A DNA stretch of 64,000 nucleotides, taken from NCBI GenBank assembly GCA_963719315.1, contig CAVRBU010000001.1, forward strand, positions 416,001 to 480,000. The letters run 5' to 3'. Positions 1-9,147 of the stretch are shown here, in pieces. The notes below the pieces were generated by a model. It was not told the origin of the DNA. It saw only the letters and a program-made list of their open reading frames with translations, and did no database searches. The translations under genes and the position numbers were made by a program. Positions within the stretch are counted from its first letter, which is position 1; each line of letters begins with the position of its first letter. Origin of the DNA: an uncultured Planctomycetota bacterium. Lineage in GTDB: Bacteria; Planctomycetota; Planctomycetia; Pirellulales; Lacipirellulaceae.

Positions 1-1260
1 CCACGGCTGCACCTTACTGCTGATAATCTCGTAAACGTGTTCGTCCTCAACCTTCAGGTCGTTGCGCAGATAATCGTTGATCGCCGACGTGAACGGCCCG
101 AACACGGCCGACGCGCTGGCGTCGTCTTCCGGCGTGTCGCCCGCATCGTCGGCGTCGATCCCCTCGAAGCGGCTGTCGTAGCGTCCCACAACGCGCCCCT
201 TGCCACGCAGCAACTCCTTGGCAAACCGCTGCATGCTGATCCGCAGCTTCGCCTGTTGCACATATTCCTTCGTGAGTCCCGTGTAGCGGGCCAGCTTTTC
301 CGCCACTGCATTTCGCTCATCATCGGTGAGCGATTGGCCTTTCATCATCGCCAATGCATAGTCGTTGACCGCGAACTGCGTCGCCTGTTTCACGACTTCT
401 TCCAACGACAGCGCCTGCAAATCGCCCGGCAGCGCCTTGTGATACCACGCGGCCGCAGCATAACCGGGCACGAACAAGATGTACGGCAAATCGTTGCCGA
501 ACGCGAAGCCGATCGTTTCGTAGTTCAGCGCCGGCGAAATCATGATCACGCCGTTGAGCGCCATATTGTACCGATCGCGCAAATAACCGCTGAGCCCAGC
601 CGCGCGGATGCCGCCGTAGCTCTCGCCCAGCAAAAACTTCGGCGACCGCCATCGGCCATATTTCGTCACGTAGTCGTGAATGAACTGCCCGACGCTTCGC
701 ACGTCCTCATCAAACCCGTGAAACTGTTCGCCGTTCTCGCCTTTCGCCGGCCGGCTGTAACCGGTGCTCACGGGGTCGATGAACACGAGGTCGGTAAGAT
801 CGAGCAGCGAATACGGATTGGCTTCCAACGCATATGGCGGCGGCGCCTGCGAAGCGTCATCCGGAATCTTCACCCGCTGCGGCCCGAGCATCCCCAAATG
901 CAGCCACACCGACGACGACCCCGGCCCACCATTGAATGCAAACGTCACCGGCCGCTGGCTCAAATCCTCAACGCCGTTCTTCGTGTAGGCAACAAAGAAC
1001 ACAAGCGCCTTCGGCTTGCCATCATCGTCCTTCATCACCAGCTTCCCGGCCGTCGCCGTGTACTTGATTTCCTTGCCGTGGATCGTCGCCGTGTGCTGCG
1101 TGACCGAGACCGAATCCTTCGGTTCATCCTTCTTATCCTTGTCGTCCTTCTTGTCCGATTCAACCGGCGCGGCGATCGCCGCAGGCGCAATCTGGACCAT
1201 CGATAAACAAAGGCTTAGCAACAGCAACTTGGAGAGCAACTTCATGGTGATACTTTTCAT
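1..1260 (-). CDS. Secreted serine carboxypeptidase, peptidase S10 family (3' end runs off the window)
   Basis: Manual translation from ATG 1260: signal peptide, then RPVTFAFNGGPGSSSVWLHLG, DLVFIDPVSTGYSR and the GESYGG nucleophile motif. Absent from the ORF track because it is open at the window edge. Confidence 0.9.
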   Translation of the reverse strand, partial: MKSITMKLLSKLLLLSLCLSMVQIAPAAIAAPVESDKKDDKDKKDEPKDSVSVTQHTATIHGKEIKYTATAGKLVMKDDDGKPKALVFFVAYTKNGVEDLSQRPVTFAFNGGPGSSSVWLHLGMLGPQRVKIPDDASQAPPPYALEANPYSLLDLTDLVFIDPVSTGYSRPAKGENGEQFHGFDEDVRSVGQFIHDYVTKYGRWRSPKFLLGESYGGIRAAGLSGYLRDRYNMALNGVIMISPALNYETIGFAFGNDLPYILFVPGYAAAAWYHKALPGDLQALSLEEVVKQATQFAVNDYALAMMKGQSLTDDERNAVAEKLARYTGLTKEYVQQAKLRISMQRFAKELLRGKGRVVGRYDSRFEGIDADDAGDTPEDDASASAVFGPFTSAINDYLRNDLKVEDEHVYEIISSKVQPW

Positions 1261-1544
1261 CTGAACCCTCTGTTTTGGGGGAGGGCTGGGTGAGCGTGCA
1301 TCGCACGGAGGGAAAACCTGGCGGGAAAATGCCGGAAAAGCGATACCCGGGATAGCTCCAAACTAATCGCGGGATTGGCGTTTGCCAACCACTATCAGGG
1401 ATGGGGCGAGAAGCGAGCGGGCTAAAACGAACCACGGCAGTTAGAAACCGTTTGCCAGCCCTAAAATGGCGTGATGCGAAAAGTCGCGAAGTTCAGAACG
1501 AATGAGTGGGCCAGAACGGACGGACACAAAATCGAACTGTCCCA

Positions 1545-1820
1545 TTATTTCCGCTGCCGCAGCACCAAGCGAATCGACACGTACGGAAACACGAAGAATA
1601 CGAGCACCCACATTTTGACAAGGGCGATGCCGCAGTATTGGATTAGGTCGGTCTCGTGGGGCGTCAATCCAAACCATTTGGCTTGGGAGTGAATCACTTC
1701 ACGAGCCACGGTAAAACCCCCGAACCAGACAAGGATCAAAAGGAATCCCAGAATGGCGCTTCGTAATAACACCTTCGACACTGCTTCCAAAAGCGCATTG
1801 ATATCACCCGATTGTGTCAT
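1545..1820 (-). CDS. Small two-TM membrane protein of unknown function
   Basis: 91 aa ORF with two hydrophobic helices and a basic C-terminus. Confidence 0.7.
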   Translation of the reverse strand: MTQSGDINALLEAVSKVLLRSAILGFLLILVWFGGFTVAREVIHSQAKWFGLTPHETDLIQYCGIALVKMWVLVFFVFPYVSIRLVLRQRK

Positions 1821-1863
1821 CGTAAGCTACTCCCATACATCAGTTGCTACTATTGGTTCCTCG

Positions 1864-2325
1864 CTACGACCCACAAGCACCGGTTGAACTGCTACCCCGC
1901 TCCAACGAAGCCTCGGCGAACGACTCGTCACTTTCCCACAGCACGACCTTCGTTGCAGTCACGCCCTTGCCGGCCAGCAACTTCGGGCAGACCTCGTGCA
2001 ACAAGTAGAGCGCCATATTCTCCGACGTCGGATTGTATGGTAGTTCGTAATACCGGCACGGCTCGACGATCTTCACCGCCGCCAAGCCGTTCTCATCCGA
2101 TTTGTTCAGCACGAAACCGTGGTCCCAATTCTCATCGAGCCACCCCTTGAACAATTTCTTGAGCTCGGCAAAATCGATCACGCGGCCAACCGCATCCACG
2201 GAATCGCCCGTCACATAGAAATCGGCGATGTAATTGTGCCCATGAAAAAACTCGCACTTGCCTCCGTGCTTATGGAGCCGGTGGCCCGCGCAAAATCGGA
2301 TCCGCCGCATGATCGTAAGGCTCAT
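1864..2325 (-). CDS. queD: 6-carboxytetrahydropterin synthase / 6-pyruvoyl-tetrahydropterin synthase family
   Basis: F-C-A-G-H-R-L, CxxxHGHNY, VIDF and NPTSEN motifs. Confidence 0.9.
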   Translation of the reverse strand: MSLTIMRRIRFCAGHRLHKHGGKCEFFHGHNYIADFYVTGDSVDAVGRVIDFAELKKLFKGWLDENWDHGFVLNKSDENGLAAVKIVEPCRYYELPYNPTSENMALYLLHEVCPKLLAGKGVTATKVVLWESDESFAEASLERGSSSTGACGS

Positions 2326-2667
2326 GAAATCTTCTCCAACGTCTGTTCCGACACAGAGCTAAGGACGCAGGATGCAGGGCGTTGCAATGTGCGCTAGCTC
2401 CCTAGACTCCATTCTGCTGGCGACCGACCTGTTTGTGAAGGACGATATAGTGATCGGTAGCGAACAATCCAAAGTAATCACGCATGGTCAACGTTTCGGC
2501 CCCTGCGGTGGTGTCCTAATTTGGCACCGCTCGGTCCGGAACTTTGTAGCACGGACATTAGTCCGTACGAGAATCACGGACTGAAGTCCGTGCTACAAGT
2601 TTGTTGTGCGGCAAATTAGGACACCACCGCCCCTGCCCCCTGCGTCCCGTATCCTGTATCCTCCGTT

Positions 2668-4104
2668 ATGATTGATATTTCCATCCTGGAATGGATCGGC
2701 CTCGCCGGCGTGGCGCTGCACGTGTTGGGCGTGCTCACGGCCATCCATGCGGTGATGACCGCGCGCACCTCTCAAGGCGCGATCGCCTGGGCGCTGCTGC
2801 TGATCCTGTTTCCGTACCTGACGCTGCCCGCGTACTTGCTGTTTGGCCGCGGCAAGTTCCAAGGTTACGTGAAGGCCCGCCGCGCCGGCGACTCGCAGAT
2901 CGACCACATCGCCCGGTCGCTCGAAAAAAAAATGCATCTGTTCCGCGTGCGCGACGAAGAGGCCGATCCGACGTTTATCGCGCTCGAAGCGCTGGCCGAA
3001 ACGCCATTCACCAGCCACAACGACGCCACGCTGCTCGTCAACGGCAGCGAAGCGTTCCCCGCGATATTCGCCGGCATCGAAGCGGCCGAGAGTTATATCA
3101 TCGTTCAGTTCTACATCATTCGCGATGACACACTCGGCCGCCAATTGCAATCGCTGCTGGAACGCAAAGCCCGCGACGGCGTAAAAGTATATGTGCTGTA
3201 CGACGAAATCGGCAGCTACAAATTGACGCGCGATTATAAGCGCGAACTGGCTGAAGCCGGCGTCGTGATTCTGCCGTTTCGCACCTCGCGCGGCCTCCGA
3301 AATCGATTCCAGATCAATTTCCGCAATCACCGCAAGATCGTGATTGTCGATGGCCGCGTGGCGTATGTTGGTGGCCTCAATGTCGGCGACGAGTACCTGG
3401 GCAAGAGTTCGCAATTCGGTCCGTGGCGCGACACGCAAGTCGAGATTCGCGGCCCGGTCGTGCAGGCAATTCAATTCGCCTTTCTGGAAGATTGGTACTG
3501 GGCCACCGGCGACTTGCCCGAGTTGGATTGGACGCCCCACCCCGCCCCAGACGAGAACGAGACCGCCCTGTGCCTGGCCTCCGATCCTTCCGACGAACTG
3601 GAAACGTGTGGCCTGTTTTTCATGCACGCCATTAACTCCGCCCGCCACCGGCTCTGGATCGCTACTCCTTATTTCGTGCCCGATACCGCGCTGATCAACG
3701 CCCTGCAACTCGCCGCCCTGCGTGGCGTCGACGTGCGGATTATGATGCCCGAAAAGCCGGACCATAAACTCGTGTATCTCGCCGCCTTCTCGTACATGGC
3801 CGAGACCGAGCAATCCGGCGTGAAGTTTTACCGCTACCAGCCGGGCTTCATGCACCACAAAGTGTTGGTCGTCGACGACAACCTGGCCGCCGTGGGCACC
3901 GCCAACTTCGACAACCGCTCGATCCGCCTGAACTTCGAGCTGATGCTGATCTTCGCCGATCGAGCGTTCGCCGCGGCCGTGAGCCAGATGCTAGAACACG
4001 ACTTCCGAAATTGCCGCCAAACCACGTCCGCCGACATTGCCGACCGGCCATTCTGGTTTCACTTCGCCGTGCGGCTGGCTCGATTGATGGCGCCAGTACT
4101 GTAA
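2668..4104 (+). CDS. cls: Cardiolipin synthase
   Basis: Two N-terminal TM helices and two HKD motifs (RNHRKIVIVDG, HHKVLVVDD). Confidence 0.95.
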   Translation: MIDISILEWIGLAGVALHVLGVLTAIHAVMTARTSQGAIAWALLLILFPYLTLPAYLLFGRGKFQGYVKARRAGDSQIDHIARSLEKKMHLFRVRDEEADPTFIALEALAETPFTSHNDATLLVNGSEAFPAIFAGIEAAESYIIVQFYIIRDDTLGRQLQSLLERKARDGVKVYVLYDEIGSYKLTRDYKRELAEAGVVILPFRTSRGLRNRFQINFRNHRKIVIVDGRVAYVGGLNVGDEYLGKSSQFGPWRDTQVEIRGPVVQAIQFAFLEDWYWATGDLPELDWTPHPAPDENETALCLASDPSDELETCGLFFMHAINSARHRLWIATPYFVPDTALINALQLAALRGVDVRIMMPEKPDHKLVYLAAFSYMAETEQSGVKFYRYQPGFMHHKVLVVDDNLAAVGTANFDNRSIRLNFELMLIFADRAFAAAVSQMLEHDFRNCRQTTSADIADRPFWFHFAVRLARLMAPVL

Positions 4105-4281
4105 AAGCGCACAAAAAATGAGGCATCTCGTGGAGCGAGAGGGGAACATATTCCTTTCAAATGTTCCCACTACCCATTTTGATGCGGGATTAGCAGCGCG
4201 AAGAAATAGGGTATCAGCAATCCGATTTGGAGATTGGCTCCGGACAACTTTACTCCCTGACACTTTTACCTCCCGAACGAT

Positions 4282-4875
4282 TCATTTCTCGATGCGCACT
4301 GGTATATTCAGCTCTACCGCCGCCGGTTGTAGACATTGCTGTTTATTGCAGGCTTGGAAAGTGACTCGGCATTGAACGGCATTTTCTCCGATTGATGCGC
4401 TGTCGGTCACAACGACCATTTGTGTGAAAAGAGCTTCTCCTGAATAGGCCGGATGACCGTCGGCTGCCACGGATCGAACAGGCTCAGGCACTCGCCATTC
4501 TCCCTGTCTCCGCAACCCATCCGGCAGTTTCAATTCAATTCGAGTGGCGGCAATTTCGGGATGAGCGTCTAGCGTCCGTATCTCCCACATTGCGGCAATA
4601 TCCAGTTGAACCGACACTCCGATGGACTCACCGATTTTCGCGCGAGCGCGTGAAAGCCGTAGTGTCGTCGTAACTGGCTTCCCATCAATACGCTGTTCTA
4701 TCGCACCACCGGCAATCGTCCCAGAGGAAGCGCGGGAAGGGGCACTGGCATTTTGCGACTTACCGCAACCGCTGACTGCCAATGAGCAAGTACCCAATAA
4801 AGCCCACTTGGCGACGCAACCCACACAATTGACGACGACGCCACGAACCTTGGGGCGCAAATCATGATTCGGCAT
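4282..4875 (-). CDS. Putative lipoprotein with DsbD N-terminal-like (Ig-fold) domain
   Basis: Lipobox-like LAVSGC; C-terminal FQACNKQQCLQP. Start codon uncertain. Confidence 0.7.
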   Translation of the reverse strand: MPNHDLRPKVRGVVVNCVGCVAKWALLGTCSLAVSGCGKSQNASAPSRASSGTIAGGAIEQRIDGKPVTTTLRLSRARAKIGESIGVSVQLDIAAMWEIRTLDAHPEIAATRIELKLPDGLRRQGEWRVPEPVRSVAADGHPAYSGEALFTQMVVVTDSASIGENAVQCRVTFQACNKQQCLQPAAVELNIPVRIEK

Positions 4876-4889
4876 GGCAGGCGACAATT

Positions 4890-6215
4890 CTACTTTCGGA
4901 TAAATAGCCAAACATATCCGTGAGACTTGGCCAAATCGAAGCTCCGCTGGCCATCGCCGCGAGTGCCCGCGAGAAACGGCTTTGCTTGCTGGACAAATTC
5001 GGCCTCGAGTTTTTCCATTTCCTTGGCTTCCGGGCTGTCCCGCAGCACTTTGTAGGCTTTTGACCACTCGGCGGTTGCTTCGTCGCTGTAGATTGCGTCG
5101 CCGGGGTAGCGCTCTGCAAATTCTTTTCGCAGCGCCTCCATCTTGTCACCGAACGCCTTGCCACTCCCTTCGCTGGCATGAACGATCTCCGCGAATTGCT
5201 TTCTCTGTTCGTCATTGAGATCGCTTTTTGGCTCATAGGCCGTGCAGAAGTCGCCGAGGAGCAGGTCAAGTTTCCCATCGCCGTTGTAATCCACAACTTC
5301 TATCTGCGAACGGATGCCGGGCACAATCTCATCTTCGCTCCAGATTAAGAGGTTGTATCCATTGCCGGCATTTTTTTCGACAAGGATTACACCCTTATCC
5401 AATTTCGGAGTTTTATTGCTGCCGCCATTTCGGAACCATGTGACGCTGCCATCATCGCTGCCTGCCAGGATGTCCCACAATCCATCGTTGTCCCAATCGG
5501 CTACTACCGGGCAACAATGCGCACTAACTTTGAGAGGTTCGCCGCCCGCATCAATAGTTATGTTGTCGGTCGCAAAGCTTGGCTGCTTGGCATTCCCTTC
5601 GTTGATCCTCAATTTAAGGTCGCCTTCGAAGCAACCGATAAGAATGTCGAAATCACCATCGGCATCCCAATCCACGGGCGCATAAAAGCTGCCGAAAGAT
5701 TGAAAGTTCTGTTTTTGTTGCGGATTGCTGCGAACTGGGACACCCGCTCTATCAACCAGTTCTTTACCGGCGGCGAACTTGTGGTCGGGCAACCCACGGA
5801 AAAAGTAACAATGGCCCGGATCGTAGGAGCTACTGATAAAGTCGCGGATTCCGTCGCCGTCAAGATCGACGAAGCGCGGTTGGCCGCCGACACAGCAGTA
5901 AATATGCACTGATGCGTCTGTGTCGCCCGCTTTTAGATTGCCCATTTCATGGTATGCTGGCTCGCTTTTTCCGCCGACGTTCTTGTAGACGCGAAACTTG
6001 CCGCTGAAATCGCCAAGAATGAGGTCCCTCAGTCCATCGCCATCTATGTCTTCAACACATGGACTGGAATGTCCCCATTTCTCGCCCGTGTCAATGATCT
6101 TACCATCGGCAGTCAAGCGCACCGGCTTTTCAAAGGTATCGTCTGCAAAGATGGTTGGTTGATCTCCAAGGCCCATGACAGCAAACAACGCAACCGCGAG
6201 ATATTTCCTGTTCAT
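4890..6215 (-). CDS. Secreted FG-GAP/VCBS repeat protein
   Basis: Signal peptide; five DxDGDGxxD-type repeats (DIDGDGLRDL, DLDGDGIRDF, DWDADGDFDI, DWDNDGLWDI, DYNGDGKLDL). Confidence 0.9.
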   Translation of the reverse strand: MNRKYLAVALFAVMGLGDQPTIFADDTFEKPVRLTADGKIIDTGEKWGHSSPCVEDIDGDGLRDLILGDFSGKFRVYKNVGGKSEPAYHEMGNLKAGDTDASVHIYCCVGGQPRFVDLDGDGIRDFISSSYDPGHCYFFRGLPDHKFAAGKELVDRAGVPVRSNPQQKQNFQSFGSFYAPVDWDADGDFDILIGCFEGDLKLRINEGNAKQPSFATDNITIDAGGEPLKVSAHCCPVVADWDNDGLWDILAGSDDGSVTWFRNGGSNKTPKLDKGVILVEKNAGNGYNLLIWSEDEIVPGIRSQIEVVDYNGDGKLDLLLGDFCTAYEPKSDLNDEQRKQFAEIVHASEGSGKAFGDKMEALRKEFAERYPGDAIYSDEATAEWSKAYKVLRDSPEAKEMEKLEAEFVQQAKPFLAGTRGDGQRSFDLAKSHGYVWLFIRK

Positions 6216-6669
6216 AAAGCTCTCTCCATGGATTCCTTAATACTCGACAAAGAGTCAATACCGCCATGCTTTACGGAGTGCGCATCGAGCTACAAATCTC
6301 AGTCGAAAAGGAATGGTGTTAGGAATTCTTGGACCGATATCAACGACGGATCCTTGTCCTACGCGCCCGACCAATTGTCTCCGCTGGTCATTTGCAGTTT
6401 ATCACCCTTCTCCCACCAAAGTAGAGTGGCCAAAAAAATTTGTGGAGTCGCGCTGGCCGATCTACTATGTTCTCGCCACGCTTCATTGCGTCTTGCCGTT
6501 CTTTAACGTGCGCCAATGGAATGGGAAGCGGGACATCTTCGCTTAAAGACGTAATACTTCCGCGTGCTCAGAGTGGGAAAAATAAGCCTGCTCTTTACTT
6601 GCCAATGTGTCGTGCGCGCTGAAAATGCGCTGTTGTGCGCGGGTCTCTCGACCCCGCACATGCCGGCCT

Positions 6670-7227
6670 CTAATTCATCGATGGATCACTCGGCAAATGC
6701 TCACGATCGAAGTCCGGCATCATGATCTCCAGGCCAATCCGTTGCGTTACCGTCTTCCAGATCGATTCATGATCGGCGAACACATCATCGACGGTTGCCC
6801 TCGTAAACAGCCAGCCGCCGGCTTCGAGCTCGCCCTCCAGTTGTCCGCTCCCCCAGCCCGCATTGCCGCTGCACAGGCGGAGCGGCACGTTCTTTTTGCG
6901 CACGATGAGGTCCAGTTCGTCGCGATGCGTGGAAAAAAACAAGCCCGGCAATACCTGGTTATCGGAAAATGCCTGTAGCGAGTGGAGCGCCACCAGCGGC
7001 CCCGGCACGGGACCGCCGACGTAGATTTGGTCATCGCGCTCGCACGGGTCGTTGCCGATCAGCTCCCAAACTTCGCTGACCGTTTTGTCCGATGGGCGAT
7101 TGATCACGACCCCCATCGCCCCTTGATGGTCGTGGTGAATCATGAGCACCACGGATTGCGCAAAGTTCGGATCGCGCAAGTAACGCGACGCCACCAGAAA
7201 ATGCCCGGCCAGCCACTTGTCGCCCAT
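6670..7227 (-). CDS. YqgE/AlgH family protein (UPF0301)
   Basis: LRDPNF, GAMGVVINRP, YVGGPV and AGWGSGQLEGE motifs. Confidence 0.92.
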   Translation of the reverse strand: MGDKWLAGHFLVASRYLRDPNFAQSVVLMIHHDHQGAMGVVINRPSDKTVSEVWELIGNDPCERDDQIYVGGPVPGPLVALHSLQAFSDNQVLPGLFFSTHRDELDLIVRKKNVPLRLCSGNAGWGSGQLEGELEAGGWLFTRATVDDVFADHESIWKTVTQRIGLEIMMPDFDREHLPSDPSMN

Positions 7228-7525
7228 CGCACGAATCGCAGCAGTAAGAATTATGGAGAACCCCGGCAACGCCGATTCATTTTAGCTCCGCTGTCCCCGC
7301 GAAGAAAGCAGCTACGCTGCCGGGTGTCTGGGGTCGAGCGCAGCGATCCCCCAGCGTTTTACGCAAACTTTCCCTCCTCCTCGCCGTCCCAAAGTTACTG
7401 TAGGATGACGCGTGCGACCTTTGTATCTCGGCTGGGAAGCGAGCTGGAACGGACACCTCTCGTGCCACGAATTTAAGCCGGCAATTCCAGGATGGCGCCG
7501 CCGGTTCAGCGACAAAGGAAGTAAC

Positions 7526-8971
7526 ATGGCCACTCGCGCGACTCGAACAACATTTGCTGCCGTCCTCTGCTCGATGCTGATATACGGCGGAAATGCCGCC
7601 GCTCAAGATTGGCCACAGTGGCGCGGCCCGAACCGTGACGCCAAAGCCACCGGCTTTTCTGCACCAGCCTCCTGGCCCAAAGAGCTCAAGAAGAGATGGC
7701 AGGTCACGGTAGGCGATGGCGTGGCAACGCCGGCCCTCGTCGGAAACAGGCTGTACGTCTTCACCCGCCAAGACGGCAAGGAAAACCTCCGCTGTCTCGA
7801 CGCGACGACCGGCGACGAAATCTGGCAAAAATCTTATGAAGCTCAAGCCGCCACCGGCGCGGCCGGCGGATTTCCAGGACCACGTAGCTCGCCAACAGTG
7901 GCCGATGGAAAGATCGTGACCTTCGGCGTCCGCGGCATCCTTTGCTGCTTTGATGCCAAAAGTGGGAACGAACTCTGGCGTAAAGAGGATTTCGCAGATT
8001 CCTATCCGATGTTTTTTACGGCGAGCTCGCCCCTCGTTGTGAACGGATTGTGCATCACGCAGCAAGGCGGACGACGCGATGGCGGCGTCATCGCTTATGA
8101 CCTTTCCAGCGGCAATGAAAAATGGCGCTGGATGGAAGCCGGCCCCGCCTATGGCTCGCCGGTGGTCATGGAAGTAGACGGCGCCAAGGTCATCATCGCG
8201 CCGACCGATAGCAAAATGGTGGCCCTCGGGCTGGACGGCAAATTGCTCTGGGAAATCCCTTACTCGCAAGGCCGATACAATTCGGCCACACCGATCGTCG
8301 ATGGCTCGACCCTCATCATCGCCGGGCCGGGCACCGGACTGTCCGCCTTCAGGATGAAAAAGGATGGCGACAAGCTCGTCGAAGAAAAACTATGGAGCAA
8401 CACCGACAATTCGGTCGGGTTCAACACACCCGTGCTGAAGAACGGCCTGATGTTCGGCTTATCGAACGGCGACCAGTTGTTCTGCATTAACACCGAGGCG
8501 AAGAAGACCGCCTGGTCCGCCCCGTTCACAAAGGCGGAAGCTGCGGCAGCGAAGGACGCCACGAAAACGGGCATCGACGAGTTCCGAAGCAATCGCGTCC
8601 CGGCGACGTTCGTGCAATTCGTACAGCAAGAGCAAAAGAACCCATCTGAAGAGCGGCCGCGCGGTGACTCCGATCGCGGACCACGCCGAGGAGAAGGCCG
8701 AGGCCGCTTCGGTCCAGGCGGCTTCGGCGGACGTGGACGCGGCGGCGGAATGGGAAGCCGCGGATACGGTTCCACTGTCGATGTTGGCAGCGCGGTCTTG
8801 GCGCTAACCCCTGCTGGCGAGCTCGTCGCCTTCAAATCCGCCGGCGATGCGTTCACCGAGTTGGCCCGGTACAAAGTGGCCGAAAAGGGAACGTATGCCT
8901 ACCCAATTCCGACCAAACAAGGCATCTACGTGAAAGATCAAGACTCCTTGACGCTGTGGACCGTCGAGTGA
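7526..8971 (+). CDS. PQQ-binding-like beta-propeller protein (planctomycete BamB-like family) with a Gly/Arg-rich insert
   Basis: Signal peptide then DWPQWRGPNRD; repeated propeller blades; C-terminal ELARYKVAEKGTYAYP. Confidence 0.9.
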   Translation: MATRATRTTFAAVLCSMLIYGGNAAAQDWPQWRGPNRDAKATGFSAPASWPKELKKRWQVTVGDGVATPALVGNRLYVFTRQDGKENLRCLDATTGDEIWQKSYEAQAATGAAGGFPGPRSSPTVADGKIVTFGVRGILCCFDAKSGNELWRKEDFADSYPMFFTASSPLVVNGLCITQQGGRRDGGVIAYDLSSGNEKWRWMEAGPAYGSPVVMEVDGAKVIIAPTDSKMVALGLDGKLLWEIPYSQGRYNSATPIVDGSTLIIAGPGTGLSAFRMKKDGDKLVEEKLWSNTDNSVGFNTPVLKNGLMFGLSNGDQLFCINTEAKKTAWSAPFTKAEAAAAKDATKTGIDEFRSNRVPATFVQFVQQEQKNPSEERPRGDSDRGPRRGEGRGRFGPGGFGGRGRGGGMGSRGYGSTVDVGSAVLALTPAGELVAFKSAGDAFTELARYKVAEKGTYAYPIPTKQGIYVKDQDSLTLWTVE

Positions 8972-9147
8972 GCGAGCAGGTAGCTGAAGTCACAAGACTT
9001 GAGACGCATTTCGACAGGCGTCGGAATTATTTTGAATAACGCTACGGCTAAATTCGCATTGGCAACCAGTGATATTGCTTTGCCATTATGATAAACTGTG
9101 GGCTCTAACTTTTCGGCCGTCGCCTTCACGCACGAAAGGGACGTTTT

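Noticed and set aside
37..1206. Long antisense ORFs such as 37-1206, 2593-3858, 49804-51024 and 63149-63928
   Set aside because: Shadow frames opposite well-supported genes in GC-rich DNA
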